DNA of 38,503 nucleotides from the NCBI GenBank assembly GCA_038109055.1, contig JAYNIM010000005.1:68353-106855 (forward strand), in the 5' to 3' direction. Under the pieces are notes generated by a model. It saw only the letters and a program-made list of their open reading frames with translations. It was not told the DNA's origin and made no database searches. Source of the stretch: a bacterium (GTDB taxonomy: Bacteria; Margulisbacteria; Marinamargulisbacteria; GCA-2716485; JAYNIM01). Shown here piece after piece: positions 18,015 to 27,797 of the stretch (positions within the stretch are counted from its first letter, which is position 1; the number at the start of each line of letters is the position of its first letter). The position numbers were made by a program, and so were the translations under genes.

Positions 18015-18842
18015 CTATGCCCTTGGATCCCAGGCCTGTCTTAAGGCATCTCCTAGATAATTTAAGGCCATGACTGTTGCTGTAATCAGCAGACCCGGAA
18101 TCAAAGCCATCCACGGGGCATCCCTCATAAATGCGAGTGAATTTTCTAACATATTCCCCCAAGAGGCATTGGGAGGCTGTACGCCTAAGCCTAAAAAACT
18201 CAAGACTGATTCTAATAAAATAGCATAGCCCATCCCTAACATAGCCGCCACAATCATAGGATTGATCGCATGAGGCAACATATGCTTAAACAATAGTCGT
18301 AAAGGGGCAATATTTCGTGCTCTGGCAGCAGTTATAAAGGTGCGTTCTTTGATACTTAGCAGTTCTGCCCGAACTAATCTGGCCACTCCCATCCAAGATG
18401 TTAGTCCAATGATAATCATGACGTTATAAATACTGGGTTTTAGCATAATTTGGATCGTTAGAATCAAAAATATACTTGGAATCGCCAAAAATAGCTCTAA
18501 TATCCGCATCAATAATTGGTCTACCCACCCTCCAATATATGCAGCTATCGCGCCAATGAACGTTCCCACACTCATGGCAATACTCATGGCAATCAGTCCT
18601 ACCATCAAGGATACCCTCGCTCCGTCAATACAGCGTAACAGCAGGTCTCGGCCTAGGTCATCGGTGCCAAAAGGGTGCTGCCAAGATGGTGGTTGTGGCC
18701 CTTGAATGTTTAAGGGATCAAAATTATTTGGATCTATCGATAGAAAGGGTAATAGAAGCCCTGCCAGACTTATACTGAATAAAAACCCTAGCGCCAAGGC
18801 TGTTTTTTTGTCTTTCTTAAGATAGGCCCATATTTTTTTCAT
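18015..18842 (-). CDS. oppC: Peptide/nickel ABC transporter permease (OppC/DppC)
   Basis: HPFGTDDLGRD, ARLVRAE, LSFLGLGVQPP..SWGNML; ATG 18842 preferred over 18875. Confidence 0.92.
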   Translation of the reverse strand: MKKIWAYLKKDKKTALALGFLFSISLAGLLLPFLSIDPNNFDPLNIQGPQPPSWQHPFGTDDLGRDLLLRCIDGARVSLMVGLIAMSIAMSVGTFIGAIAAYIGGWVDQLLMRILELFLAIPSIFLILTIQIMLKPSIYNVMIIIGLTSWMGVARLVRAELLSIKERTFITAARARNIAPLRLLFKHMLPHAINPMIVAAMLGMGYAILLESVLSFLGLGVQPPNASWGNMLENSLAFMRDAPWMALIPGLLITATVMALNYLGDALRQAWDPRA

Positions 18843-18844
18843 TG

Positions 18845-19810
18845 TTATTTTAGCGTCACTCTTGGATCGACCCATGCGTAGGCAATATCCGCTATTAAAT
18901 TACCGATGACCATTAAAATAGACGAAAATAAGATGGTCCCCATCAAAATAGGATAGTCCCGTGCAAACACCGCTTGCACCCCCAATTGACCTAAGCCAGG
19001 CCAGGCAAAAATATATTCAATAACAAAGGAGCCACTAATCAAGCCAGGTAATTCTAGACCTAGAATAGTGACTAAAGGCAAGGATGCATTTTTAAAGGCA
19101 TGTTTATAAAGCAAACGCTTTTCACTCAAGCCTCTGCCTCGTCCTGCTGTGATATAGTCTTGTTTTAATGTGCCAATAATGCCAAAACGATGATAACGGG
19201 TTAAGGCAGCCAGGCCGCCTAATACCATAGTCACTAAGGGCAAGGCCATATGCCATAAAATACTGGCTATTTTTTGAGGCCAAGGTGCTTGACTAAGACT
19301 TAGATCAATGAAACCAGAACTTGGAAATAAGGGCCAATATAGTGATAAAGCTAAAATTAACATTAATCCCAACCAAAATGTCGGCATGCTCATGCCTAGA
19401 AAGGTAAAAAACGTGACGGAATGATCAAAGAGTGTGTCTTTTTTTTGACCTGAAATTAAGCCTAAAGGGAGGGTTAAAGCCAAAATGACAACTAAGGAAA
19501 CAGTGGCTAATAACAACGTCGCTGGCAATCGTTCTGTCATTGCCACTATAACAGGTTTATGTGAAAGATACGAATAGCCTAAATTGCCTTGAAACATATT
19601 TTTTAGCCAATACATATACTGATGCAATACGGGCTTATCTAAGCCAAGATTTTGCTGTACCTGTTTTAAATCCTCTAAAGATACCGAGGGATCTGTATAA
19701 ATAAGTGTAGGGTCTCCGGGGGCAAGTTTCATAATTACAAAGGATAAGGCTGTAATGCCTATTAATAGAGGAATAGCGGCAAGGATGCGTTTTAAAATAA
19801 AAATCTTCAT
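18845..19810 (-). CDS. oppB: Peptide/nickel ABC transporter permease (OppB/DppB)
   Basis: APGDP, LGLDKP, GNLGYS, PTFWLG, IEYIFAWPGLG, RDYP, DPR. Confidence 0.92.
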   Translation of the reverse strand: MKIFILKRILAAIPLLIGITALSFVIMKLAPGDPTLIYTDPSVSLEDLKQVQQNLGLDKPVLHQYMYWLKNMFQGNLGYSYLSHKPVIVAMTERLPATLLLATVSLVVILALTLPLGLISGQKKDTLFDHSVTFFTFLGMSMPTFWLGLMLILALSLYWPLFPSSGFIDLSLSQAPWPQKIASILWHMALPLVTMVLGGLAALTRYHRFGIIGTLKQDYITAGRGRGLSEKRLLYKHAFKNASLPLVTILGLELPGLISGSFVIEYIFAWPGLGQLGVQAVFARDYPILMGTILFSSILMVIGNLIADIAYAWVDPRVTLK

Positions 19811-19822
19811 TTTGCTTTATTC

Positions 19823-19859
19823 ATGATACCTTTTTTTGTTGATATAAAGTTGATATAAA
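19823..19859 (-). promoter_or_regulatory. Perfect 11-bp tandem direct repeat (TTTATATCAAC x2) 9 bp upstream of a -10-like TATCAT
   Basis: GTTGATATAAA at 19838-19848 and 19849-19859; TATCAT at 19828-19823. Confidence 0.45.
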
Positions 19860-19902
19860 AATGTCTATTCCCCATCAATGTTTTGTCTAATTTCTTAATA
19901 AA

Positions 19903-21495
19903 TCAGGGCTGTAAATACACATTTTCAATGGGGTTCATTAAGCCTGCCGGTCCTGCTGGAGACAATCCTTTTACACGATCTTGAATCCCAGTAAGACTTT
20001 CGGGGTAATACAAGAAAATATAGGGCAGATCTTTGGCAATTTCGTGATAAACCTGCTTATAAATTGTTTTTCTGTGTTGGGTATTCATTGTTAATCGCCC
20101 TTTTTGGAGTGCCTTGTCTACTTTGGCATTATTATAAGCTACAAAATTGAAACCTTTGGGATACTGAGATGAATGCCATAAGCTATGTCCATCGGGATCT
20201 AAGCCTAAGGACCACCCTAAAATAACGGCATCAAAGTCTTTGGGGTCTTTCGCTGCGTTGACTATTTTAATAAAACTGCTCCACTCCATTAAACGAATCT
20301 CTACTTTGATATCAACACTCTTGAGAAATTGTTGAATTAATTGAGCCACTTTTTCACGGTCTTTGTTGCCTTTATTTGTGATTAGCGTAAATTCAAAAGG
20401 CTGGCCGTTTTTTTGCAAGATACCCTGCTTGTTTTTTCTAAATCCTGCCGCTTTTAATAGCTGGCGACTTTTTTCTGGGTTGTATGGATAGGGGTTCTTT
20501 TTTAACGTCTCCGGAAATGCCCACGATACGGGAGAGGCTGGTAAATGTGCCGTTGTGCCGAAGCCTTTTAATACCCCATTGACGATGGCATCCTTATTGA
20601 TGGCCATTGCGATGGCTTTTCTGATCTGACTATCTTTGAAAAATTGATGTTTTAAATTAAAACCCATATAGGTATACACCAAATCTTCATAACGATGAAT
20701 ACTAAACTCCGGGTGATCTTTATAGCGGGCGTAATCTTTACCTGAAATACCTGATTGATCAATCTCAGCCTTTTCTAAGCTGATTAACGCGGTGTTTTGA
20801 TCTGGGATAATTTTTAATAGGAGTGACCCTAATTTTGGTCGCTTCCCATAGTAATTTTCGTTTCGTTTTAAACGAATAAACTGGGCGCTGTGCCATTCTT
20901 GAAATACAAAGGGGCCTGATCCTATGGGATTGCGATTAAAAAGGGCCGTATTGATGTCCTGATTGCTGAGAAGATGTTTTGGCAAAATCCCCATGGTCAT
21001 ATGGGTTAAAAATGGGGCAAACGGCTGTGGTAAAATGGCTTGAATACAGTGGGAATTGATAACCTTAAATTGGACCTCTTTTCCGTTAATGATGTAGTTG
21101 CTGCGCCTCACGGTGTTGGTTTTGGGGTCTAGGATGCGTTCAAAGGTAAATTTAACATCTTCTGCTGTCACAGGTTTACCGTCGTGCCAATATGCGTTTT
21201 TATGCAAGTTAAATGTGTAGATAGTGCCTTCTGAATTGATCGTGTAACTTTGAGCTAGATCTGGTATCAACTCCAGATTGGTACTCACACGTAATAACCC
21301 TGAAAAAACCAGGTCAATTACCTTTGAAGAGGCTGAATCAGTGGATAAAATGGGGTTTAATACGCTTGGTTCAGCTGAAATATTTAAGGTAAGTGGTTTT
21401 TGAAGTTTTTTCTTGTTAATGGGTGCTTGGCTGCAAGCGGCTAATCCTATTAGTACGATTAGCAATAATCCGAGTAAATGTTTGTTATGTTTCAT
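19903..21495 (-). CDS. oppA: ABC transporter substrate-binding lipoprotein, family 5 (AppA/OppA-like)
   Basis: Lipobox [40 protein letters not shown] 21495 preferred over 21522. Confidence 0.9.
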   Translation of the reverse strand: MKHNKHLLGLLLIVLIGLAACSQAPINKKKLQKPLTLNISAEPSVLNPILSTDSASSKVIDLVFSGLLRVSTNLELIPDLAQSYTINSEGTIYTFNLHKNAYWHDGKPVTAEDVKFTFERILDPKTNTVRRSNYIINGKEVQFKVINSHCIQAILPQPFAPFLTHMTMGILPKHLLSNQDINTALFNRNPIGSGPFVFQEWHSAQFIRLKRNENYYGKRPKLGSLLLKIIPDQNTALISLEKAEIDQSGISGKDYARYKDHPEFSIHRYEDLVYTYMGFNLKHQFFKDSQIRKAIAMAINKDAIVNGVLKGFGTTAHLPASPVSWAFPETLKKNPYPYNPEKSRQLLKAAGFRKNKQGILQKNGQPFEFTLITNKGNKDREKVAQLIQQFLKSVDIKVEIRLMEWSSFIKIVNAAKDPKDFDAVILGWSLGLDPDGHSLWHSSQYPKGFNFVAYNNAKVDKALQKGRLTMNTQHRKTIYKQVYHEIAKDLPYIFLYYPESLTGIQDRVKGLSPAGPAGLMNPIENVYLQP

Positions 21496-21967
21496 GAAGT
21501 AACACCACTGCTTGCGCAGCAATCCCTTCTTCTCTGCCTACAAAGCCCAATCGCTCTGTTGTTGTTATTTTTACAGATATATCCTGAACAGAAAGTGACA
21601 AACACCTCGCTAAATTCTCTATCATTGCAGCTTTGTAAGGGCTTAATTTGGGGGCTTGGGCCATAATGACGGTATCAAGATTTTGTATATGATAGTTTTT
21701 TTGCCCAATCAATGTGTTGACCTGAGCGAGTAATGTTAAGCTATCAGCATCCTTGTAGGCAGTGTCTGTATCTGGAAAATGATCCCCAATATCTCCCAGG
21801 CTTAATGCACCTAAACACGCATCCATAATTGCATGACACAAGACATCTGCATCGCTGTGTCCCATTAAACCTTTGTCATGTGGAATCTGTTGACCCGCTA
21901 AAATAAGTTGTCTGTCTTCCACTAAGGCATGAACATCATAGCCAATTCCAATGCGCTGCTTAGTCAT
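21485..21967 (-). CDS. ispF: 2-C-methyl-D-erythritol 2,4-cyclodiphosphate synthase
   Basis: [48 protein letters not shown] 21967 preferred. Confidence 0.96.
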   Translation of the reverse strand: MTKQRIGIGYDVHALVEDRQLILAGQQIPHDKGLMGHSDADVLCHAIMDACLGALSLGDIGDHFPDTDTAYKDADSLTLLAQVNTLIGQKNYHIQNLDTVIMAQAPKLSPYKAAMIENLARCLSLSVQDISVKITTTERLGFVGREEGIAAQAVVLLHET

Positions 21968-22505
21968 ACATCGATAATATGCTTGCTCCAATTAACCCAA
22001 TAAAACAGGTAATTAAAGCTAAAAATAAAATAGGTAACACATATAATAGTAAACTTTTACGTAATGAGCTTTGATAAATATGTTTGATCATGTAAATTTG
22101 CCAAAAAATAACAATCAGTGTTATCAGGTTATTGATACTTACCCATAACTTAGGCAGCTGCATGTTTAGGCTAATCAAATACAAAGCGGGCTCTATCATT
22201 AACGGTAATAGCGAAATATTAAGCCACGCAAATAAGGTCAAGCTTTTCCCATTAAAATGAAAAAGTTGTGCAAAAAAATCGGTGGCCATCGCCTGGAACC
22301 CTAAAATAATGCTATATCCTAAAAACACTGTTAAAAAAGCGGACATCACCGACATGTTATCATCCATCCACATGGGAATTTTGGCGATACTCACAATACT
22401 TAGACAGAGAAATCCCAAGCGTAACGGACTTTGGAAACAATAAAACTTCACAAAACTTAATGGTTGACAAATAACCTGATATAACGCTGCGTTGGGCCGA
22501 ATCAT
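21960..22505 (-). CDS. Membrane protein, YIP1-like
   Basis: About 5 hydrophobic segments; N-terminal LY.VI.QP..F pattern; tightly coupled between sppA and ispF. Confidence 0.6.
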   Translation of the reverse strand: MIRPNAALYQVICQPLSFVKFYCFQSPLRLGFLCLSIVSIAKIPMWMDDNMSVMSAFLTVFLGYSIILGFQAMATDFFAQLFHFNGKSLTLFAWLNISLLPLMIEPALYLISLNMQLPKLWVSINNLITLIVIFWQIYMIKHIYQSSLRKSLLLYVLPILFLALITCFIGLIGASILSMYD

Positions 22506-22508
22506 ACT

Positions 22509-23426
22509 TTACTGTAGTTTGGGACCTATGTGTAGTGCATTTAATAACGATGTCGTTATCTCTTGTCTTAATAAAGACATCCAATTGGTAATGCCGCGTT
22601 TGGCTTTTCGTATGATCAATGGTTTTCCTTCAATGCCGGCCACTTTAGCTGTGTAATTAAGGGCTTCTTGAAACCCCTCTAAATGATCGACTAAGCCAAG
22701 TGTTTTGGCTTGTTCACCACTAAAAAAACGTCCATCCGCTACTGACTCTGCTTGACTTCGGTTCATTTTCCGAGATTTCATTAAATCACGAACAAATTGT
22801 TGATGAACATTTGTCATCAAGTCGTTTAACACTGCTTTTTCTTTTGTTGTAGCTTGGCGCCAATTTGACAAAATATCTTTGTGTGCTGCACTTTTATAAA
22901 TATTGACATCGATCCCAAAGCGTTCTGCTAATTTTTCTAAATTAAAACTACTTAAAATAACCCCAATACTTCCCACAAGTGACCCTGGATTAGCAAAGAT
23001 GACGTCTGCTGCCATTGCGGTGTAATATGCGCCCGATGTCCCCATATCTGCAATGGAGGCAACGACGGGTAATTGTGTTTTTTCTTTGAAGTCCATGATG
23101 GCATGATAGAGTTCTTGAGAAGCCCCTACCGTCCCTCCTGGGCTATTGATCCGAATGAGTAATCCTTTAACACGCTTGTCCTCTGTAATTGTGTTAATTT
23201 GAGACAATACGCTTTCTGCACTGAATGGAGCAAGAAATTGGTTGTTATCAGAAAATGAAATCGTACCGTTCAACTGCACAACCGCGATCCCTTTATTGCT
23301 AATTACATCTGTTGATAATCCCAACTGAGCCTCTGTTAACTCTAGCTGTCGACTGCTAATCGATAAAAGAACTGAAAAGGCAAATAAGGCCAATAATAAA
23401 GCGACGACTAGTCGTTCTCGTTTCAT
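22509..23426 (-). CDS. sppA: Signal peptide peptidase SppA (36K type, peptidase S49)
   Basis: RINSPGG, TSGAYY, GSIGV, HKD, ADGRFFSGEQA..LGLVD; ATG 23426 chosen from promoter position (alternative 23480). Confidence 0.93.
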   Translation of the reverse strand: MKRERLVVALLLALFAFSVLLSISSRQLELTEAQLGLSTDVISNKGIAVVQLNGTISFSDNNQFLAPFSAESVLSQINTITEDKRVKGLLIRINSPGGTVGASQELYHAIMDFKEKTQLPVVASIADMGTSGAYYTAMAADVIFANPGSLVGSIGVILSSFNLEKLAERFGIDVNIYKSAAHKDILSNWRQATTKEKAVLNDLMTNVHQQFVRDLMKSRKMNRSQAESVADGRFFSGEQAKTLGLVDHLEGFQEALNYTAKVAGIEGKPLIIRKAKRGITNWMSLLRQEITTSLLNALHIGPKLQ

Positions 23427-23432
23427 CCGTTC

Positions 23433-23461
23433 ATTATACGCCAGGTATCTGATGGACGCAA
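23433..23461 (-). promoter_or_regulatory. sigma70-like promoter for the sppA operon (probably leaderless)
   Basis: TTGCGT-17 bp-TATAAT; -10 ends 6 nt before ATG 23426. Confidence 0.6.
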
Positions 23462-23533
23462 TTTTACCCCCTTGTCGCATCCACTCTATTCTCCTTCAAA
23501 TACATTGAAAAAAATAGATGTTTAATACCCTTC

Positions 23534-23626
23534 TGTTTGTGGGGATTACTTCATTATCCCAAACAAAATCTGGGATCATCAGCGACCATTCATTGCTATG
23601 ATCCCTGCAGAAAAACGAGGAGTTTT
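23534..23626 (+). other. Structured leader / candidate cis-regulatory RNA with three hairpins
   Basis: GGGAT(23542)..ATCCC(23560); GGGATCAT(23572)..ATGATCCC(23605); AAAAAC-GAGGA-GTTTTT (23611-23627). Confidence 0.45.
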
Positions 23627-23630
23627 TATT

Positions 23631-23732
23631 ATGAACACACTATTTTATGAATCGGAAATCTTCCCACTATCCAGCCAGGTCATTAACTCAGTGGACTATG
23701 ATCCTTGGTTAGATTTCATTTTGTACGACTAA
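23631..23732 (+). CDS. Putative 33-aa small protein MNTLFYESEIFPLSSQVINSVDYDPWLDFILYD
   Basis: ATG preceded by GAGGAG-TTTTTATT; occupies the largest intergenic gap; below the ORF track length cut-off. Confidence 0.55.
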   Translation: MNTLFYESEIFPLSSQVINSVDYDPWLDFILYD

Positions 23733-23761
23733 GATAGCATCTTGTTGTTATCATTCATATT

Positions 23762-23789
23762 TTGCAAGCTCTGAACAATCTCGTATACT
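23762..23789 (+). promoter_or_regulatory. sigma70-like promoter for the aminotransferase operon (probably leaderless)
   Basis: TTGCAA-16 bp-TATACT; -10 ends 6 nt before GTG 23796. Confidence 0.6.
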
Positions 23790-23795
23790 GTCCTT

Positions 23796-25064
23796 GTGAA
23801 TCATGAATTAATTGATCGTTATCAAACTGTTATATCTCCTGTTATTGGACATTTTACTGACTTAATTATTAAGAAAGGAGAAGGCTGCTACCTTATTGAT
23901 GAACACGGAAAGGCCTATCTAGATTTTGCTTGCGGCATTGGGGTTACCTCTACAGGGCATTGTCACCCTAAGGTTGTAGCGGCGTTACAAGCTCAAGCAG
24001 AACAATTGCTACACTGCAGTATTGGCATGGGCTATTACGAACAACCTATTGCCTTGGCTGAAGCTCTGAATACTAAGATATCGGGCGATTATCAAGCCTA
24101 TTTTTGTCAAAGTGGGGCTGAAGCTGTTGAGGCGGCTCTCAAACTTTCACTCTATGTTCAAAAACGCGGTAAATTATTGTCGTATCGTGGTGGATTTCAT
24201 GGGCGCACAATGGGGGCACTTTCTGTGACCTCTAAGCAAAAATACCGTGATCGTTATGATGCCTTATTGGGGGCATCTGTTGATTTCTTAGAGTACCCTG
24301 ATCCTTATCGTGCTGACTGGGTGATTCCTGATGGCTCTAAAGACTATTATTATAACTATTTATCACGTACTGGTCTTTTTGATGATGCTGTCGCTGCTGT
24401 GATTATTGAGTGTATTCAAGGCGAGGGAGGCTACATTCCTGCTCCTTTTGCGTATTTAAAGGCCTTAGAACAACTCTGTAAAGAACAGGGCATTTTTCTT
24501 ATTTTGGATGAAATTCAATCAGGCATTGGACGTAGTGGTGACTGGTTCTCCTTTCAAGCAGCTGATATTAGCCCTGACATTATTACCCTTGCTAAAGGAC
24601 TAGGCTCTGGGGTACCTATTGGGGCTTGTTTAGCAAAAACAACCCACATGCAGCAATGGGATACGAGCCACCATGGCAGTACCTATGGAGGCAACCCTTT
24701 TGTCTGCTCTGCTGCTTTGGCAACCTTAGAGGTTTTGACACCTGTATTAGACTCCGTTGCTTCGCTAGGTACTGAGGCATTGGTTCATTTAAAGAATGCC
24801 TTAGCTAATCATCCTTTTGTAGGTGATATACGAGGTAGAGGCTTGATGATCGGCATTGAGCTTGTTACTGACAAAACAAGTAAAACCCCTAATCCTGATC
24901 TTGTAACAGCTATTAGAAAACAGTGTTTAGATAAAGGCCTGTTACTTATTTTTTGTGGTGAAGATGGCCATATCATTCGTTTAATCCCCCCCTTAGTCAT
25001 TGATAAACAAACCTTATTTAATGGATTAGACATCCTTATTTCTGTGTTGAATGCCTCTTATTAA
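23796..25064 (+). CDS. Class III PLP-dependent aminotransferase (GabT/ArgD-like)
   Basis: GHCHP, SGAEAVEAALK, FHGRT, IQGEGG, DEIQSGIGRSG, LAKGLGSG, STYGGNP, RLIPPL. Confidence 0.92.
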   Translation: MNHELIDRYQTVISPVIGHFTDLIIKKGEGCYLIDEHGKAYLDFACGIGVTSTGHCHPKVVAALQAQAEQLLHCSIGMGYYEQPIALAEALNTKISGDYQAYFCQSGAEAVEAALKLSLYVQKRGKLLSYRGGFHGRTMGALSVTSKQKYRDRYDALLGASVDFLEYPDPYRADWVIPDGSKDYYYNYLSRTGLFDDAVAAVIIECIQGEGGYIPAPFAYLKALEQLCKEQGIFLILDEIQSGIGRSGDWFSFQAADISPDIITLAKGLGSGVPIGACLAKTTHMQQWDTSHHGSTYGGNPFVCSAALATLEVLTPVLDSVASLGTEALVHLKNALANHPFVGDIRGRGLMIGIELVTDKTSKTPNPDLVTAIRKQCLDKGLLLIFCGEDGHIIRLIPPLVIDKQTLFNGLDILISVLNASY

Positions 25065-25767
25065 AGGTCGACAAGCTGTCCACGAAAGTTTGCTGGCCAA
25101 ACAAAAACCTCATCGCATCATGATCTGTCATGAACATCGAGGATCACAGGGCTTATCTGAAATCCTGGAACTTGCTAAACGATTTTCCATTCCTATTCAG
25201 CGTTTAGATCGTCAACAATTTGTGCGTTTAGCTGATGACAAACATCAACAAGTTCTTGCTCACATGCCTGAACTCAGGCTTCTTTCCTTACGTGAACTCA
25301 TCGCAAAATCTCCGCCTCTGATTGTGATTCTTGATCATATTGAAGACCCTCATAATATGGGCGCTATCTTTCGTAGTTGCGAAGCACTTGGACACCCCTT
25401 TGTTATCTTCCCAAAACATCGCTCCTCTCCTATTGGGACAGGTTCTATACGTTCTTCTGCTGGTGCTATTTGGCATTTGAATTTGTGCCAAGTCTCTAAT
25501 ATCTCTCAAAGCTTACGTGAGTTAAAAAAGAAGGGGTACTGGATTTATGCGGCGTCCGAACATGAGGGAACCTCGTTAACCCACGTTGATTTATGTCAAC
25601 CTGCTGTTTTACTGTTAGGCAATGAACACAAAGGGATTTCCCCTATACATAAAAAAATGGTAGACTTTTTTATTGAAATTCCTCTCTCTGGACAGGTATC
25701 ATCTTTAAATGTATCTGTTGCTGCAGGAATTATACTTTATACTTTCTCTAATCAAAGGATATCATGA
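25051..25767 (+). CDS. rlmB: 23S rRNA (Gm2251) methyltransferase, SpoU/TrmH family
   Basis: LDHIEDPHNMGAIFRS, SAGA, LGNEHKG, IP..G.VSSLNVSVAAGI. Confidence 0.88.
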   Translation: MPLIKGRQAVHESLLAKQKPHRIMICHEHRGSQGLSEILELAKRFSIPIQRLDRQQFVRLADDKHQQVLAHMPELRLLSLRELIAKSPPLIVILDHIEDPHNMGAIFRSCEALGHPFVIFPKHRSSPIGTGSIRSSAGAIWHLNLCQVSNISQSLRELKKKGYWIYAASEHEGTSLTHVDLCQPAVLLLGNEHKGISPIHKKMVDFFIEIPLSGQVSSLNVSVAAGIILYTFSNQRIS

Positions 25768-27791
25768 AAGAACATCGCTCTCACTTTAGTTTACGAAAAA
25801 AAATTCTCTCCCCTTTTTTGGTATTAATGCTTTGTTTATGTGTCATTCTTGTTTCTGGTATTTTTTATTTTTTATCAGATTTACAAATGAAAGACTACCG
25901 TGTACTTCTTGATAAAGATCACTATATTTTAAGTAATTGGTTACAAAACAAACAACAAACCCAACTTGCTCTGACTCAAACACTCCCTCAACTGCGCTAT
26001 CGAGATCTTAAACGTCTCCTTCAAGCTGATCCAGAGCAGCAGGACATTCAGGTCTTTGTGCAGTTGGATGCTGTTCCTGAACTTTATCAAGACTTCTTTG
26101 TTTCTTATTTACAAAACAAACCTAAACAAGCTCAGTTAGAACCTGTTTTTTTGTCTGATAATCAGCGTCATGAATTGATCTTTATTGGCGCCATCCTTCG
26201 TGAAACACTTGAAAATGATATTTTATACATGAGTTTGCAGACATTTGACGACAGTGTCTTAGAATCCTTGGAACTTAGTGGAGAACCCACTCTTTTTTAT
26301 GTCGCAGAAGGATCTGCAGAACCTTTATTAATGTCTTCGCGTATATTTTCAGACCCTATTTTACAAGAAAAAATTTCTAAATTATTAATTAAACATGCCT
26401 CTAATCTTGAAGGTCTTCATATGTTTTCTTTGGACAAAAAAGAATTTCTTCTGTCCTTTAGGACCTCCCCCTCTACTCCTTCTTTATACACCTTGGTGTT
26501 GATTGAAAAATCTAATATATTTTTTCATAACTTACATCTTTTGTTTGTCATTCTAGGGATTATTTTATTTAGTTGTCTTCTTATTTACTTTATTTATGCC
26601 ATCATTATTGGAAAAATCATTACCTCTATTGATGTTCTGTCTGATGTCGCTGCTCGTGTCTCTGATGGGGATTTAGAACAGAAAGTTTATTTAAACTCTA
26701 ACGATGAAATAGGTCATTTATCCACGACGTTTAACCAAATGATCAGTAATCTTAAAAAATCGTCATTAGCGTTGTTACAAGAAAAACAACAATCTGAGCG
26801 TATTTTAAATAATGTCCCTGTGGGGATTGTTGTGACTGATAATCGTTATCAACTCTCTGTCGCTAATGAAGAAGCTGAACGCATGTTCAAATTTCAGGAC
26901 AGTGATTCCCAAGGGACTGCTCTTTTAACTGAGCTAAGTAAACGATCTGTTTTAACGAAAGCAAAAAATCAGGTACTTACCTTCCCTTACGAAGATTCAT
27001 CAGAGTCTAGCCCCCGTCTTTTTGAGCTTCGTTCTCAAGTGTTAGATCGAGATAATAAAGCCCATGTCCTTACTGTGATCCGAGATTTAACTCATGAAAA
27101 AGAAATTGAGCGCTTAAGAGATGCTTTTTTACGAACGGTTACCCATGAATTACGTACCCCCTTAACCTCTGTCATTGGCTATATTGAATTGGTGCAACAA
27201 AGTGCAAAGAAAAATGATAAAACCCGTAAGGAATATTTAAATACAGCTCTTACAGAAGCCCGAAGCTTACAACGCTTGATTAATGATTTGCTCGATTTAT
27301 CTCAATTAAATGCAGGTAAAATGAAAATGACCTACACGCGTATTAAAATCACTCCTTTTTTAGATGAAATCATCAAAACACTTAAACCTTTAGCGACGGG
27401 CAAAAAATTAACCTTAAAACGTTTATTTAAAGATACCGAATTTTCTGTTTCTGCTGACAAGGATAAATTACGCCGTATCTTGATGAATTTATGTTCTAAT
27501 GCAATTAAATTCACAGAAAAAGGCCATATTCATATTGATTGTGAAGACCAAACAGATACGGTTAAATTCTCTGTTAGTGATAGCGGCATTGGCCTTAAAA
27601 AAGAACAGCAAGAGATTATCTTTGAACATTTTCGTCAAATTGACGATAGCTCTACCCGTAAATACGAGGGGATTGGCTTGGGATTGGCGATTGTCAAAGA
27701 ACTAGTTGAACTCCACCATGGTAGCATTCAGGTTGATAGTGATTATGGCAAAGGTGCCACATTTTCTTTTACGATTAAAAAAACGGTATAA
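25764..27791 (+). CDS. Membrane sensor histidine kinase (2 TM, HAMP, PAS-like, HisKA, HATPase)
   Basis: DEIGHL..FNQM; THELRTPLTS; NLCSNAIKFT; DSGIG; GIGLGL. Confidence 0.93.
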   Translation: MKEHRSHFSLRKKILSPFLVLMLCLCVILVSGIFYFLSDLQMKDYRVLLDKDHYILSNWLQNKQQTQLALTQTLPQLRYRDLKRLLQADPEQQDIQVFVQLDAVPELYQDFFVSYLQNKPKQAQLEPVFLSDNQRHELIFIGAILRETLENDILYMSLQTFDDSVLESLELSGEPTLFYVAEGSAEPLLMSSRIFSDPILQEKISKLLIKHASNLEGLHMFSLDKKEFLLSFRTSPSTPSLYTLVLIEKSNIFFHNLHLLFVILGIILFSCLLIYFIYAIIIGKIITSIDVLSDVAARVSDGDLEQKVYLNSNDEIGHLSTTFNQMISNLKKSSLALLQEKQQSERILNNVPVGIVVTDNRYQLSVANEEAERMFKFQDSDSQGTALLTELSKRSVLTKAKNQVLTFPYEDSSESSPRLFELRSQVLDRDNKAHVLTVIRDLTHEKEIERLRDAFLRTVTHELRTPLTSVIGYIELVQQSAKKNDKTRKEYLNTALTEARSLQRLINDLLDLSQLNAGKMKMTYTRIKITPFLDEIIKTLKPLATGKKLTLKRLFKDTEFSVSADKDKLRRILMNLCSNAIKFTEKGHIHIDCEDQTDTVKFSVSDSGIGLKKEQQEIIFEHFRQIDDSSTRKYEGIGLGLAIVKELVELHHGSIQVDSDYGKGATFSFTIKKTV

Positions 27792-27797
27792 TTGGGC

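Noticed and set aside
18015..21495. Missing oppD/oppF ATPases as a novelty
   Set aside because: ATPase genes are often encoded elsewhere; cannot be judged from this window.
23427..23497. Longer sppA start at 23480 with GAAGGAG 10 nt upstream
   Set aside because: A good sigma70 promoter lies inside the extension and ATG 23426 gives a typical short basic N-terminus before the TM anchor; not fully excluded.
23534..23732. Type I toxin-antitoxin locus or a known riboswitch
   Set aside because: Peptide is acidic with no TM helix; no lysine, TPP, SAM or guanidine riboswitch consensus recognised by eye.
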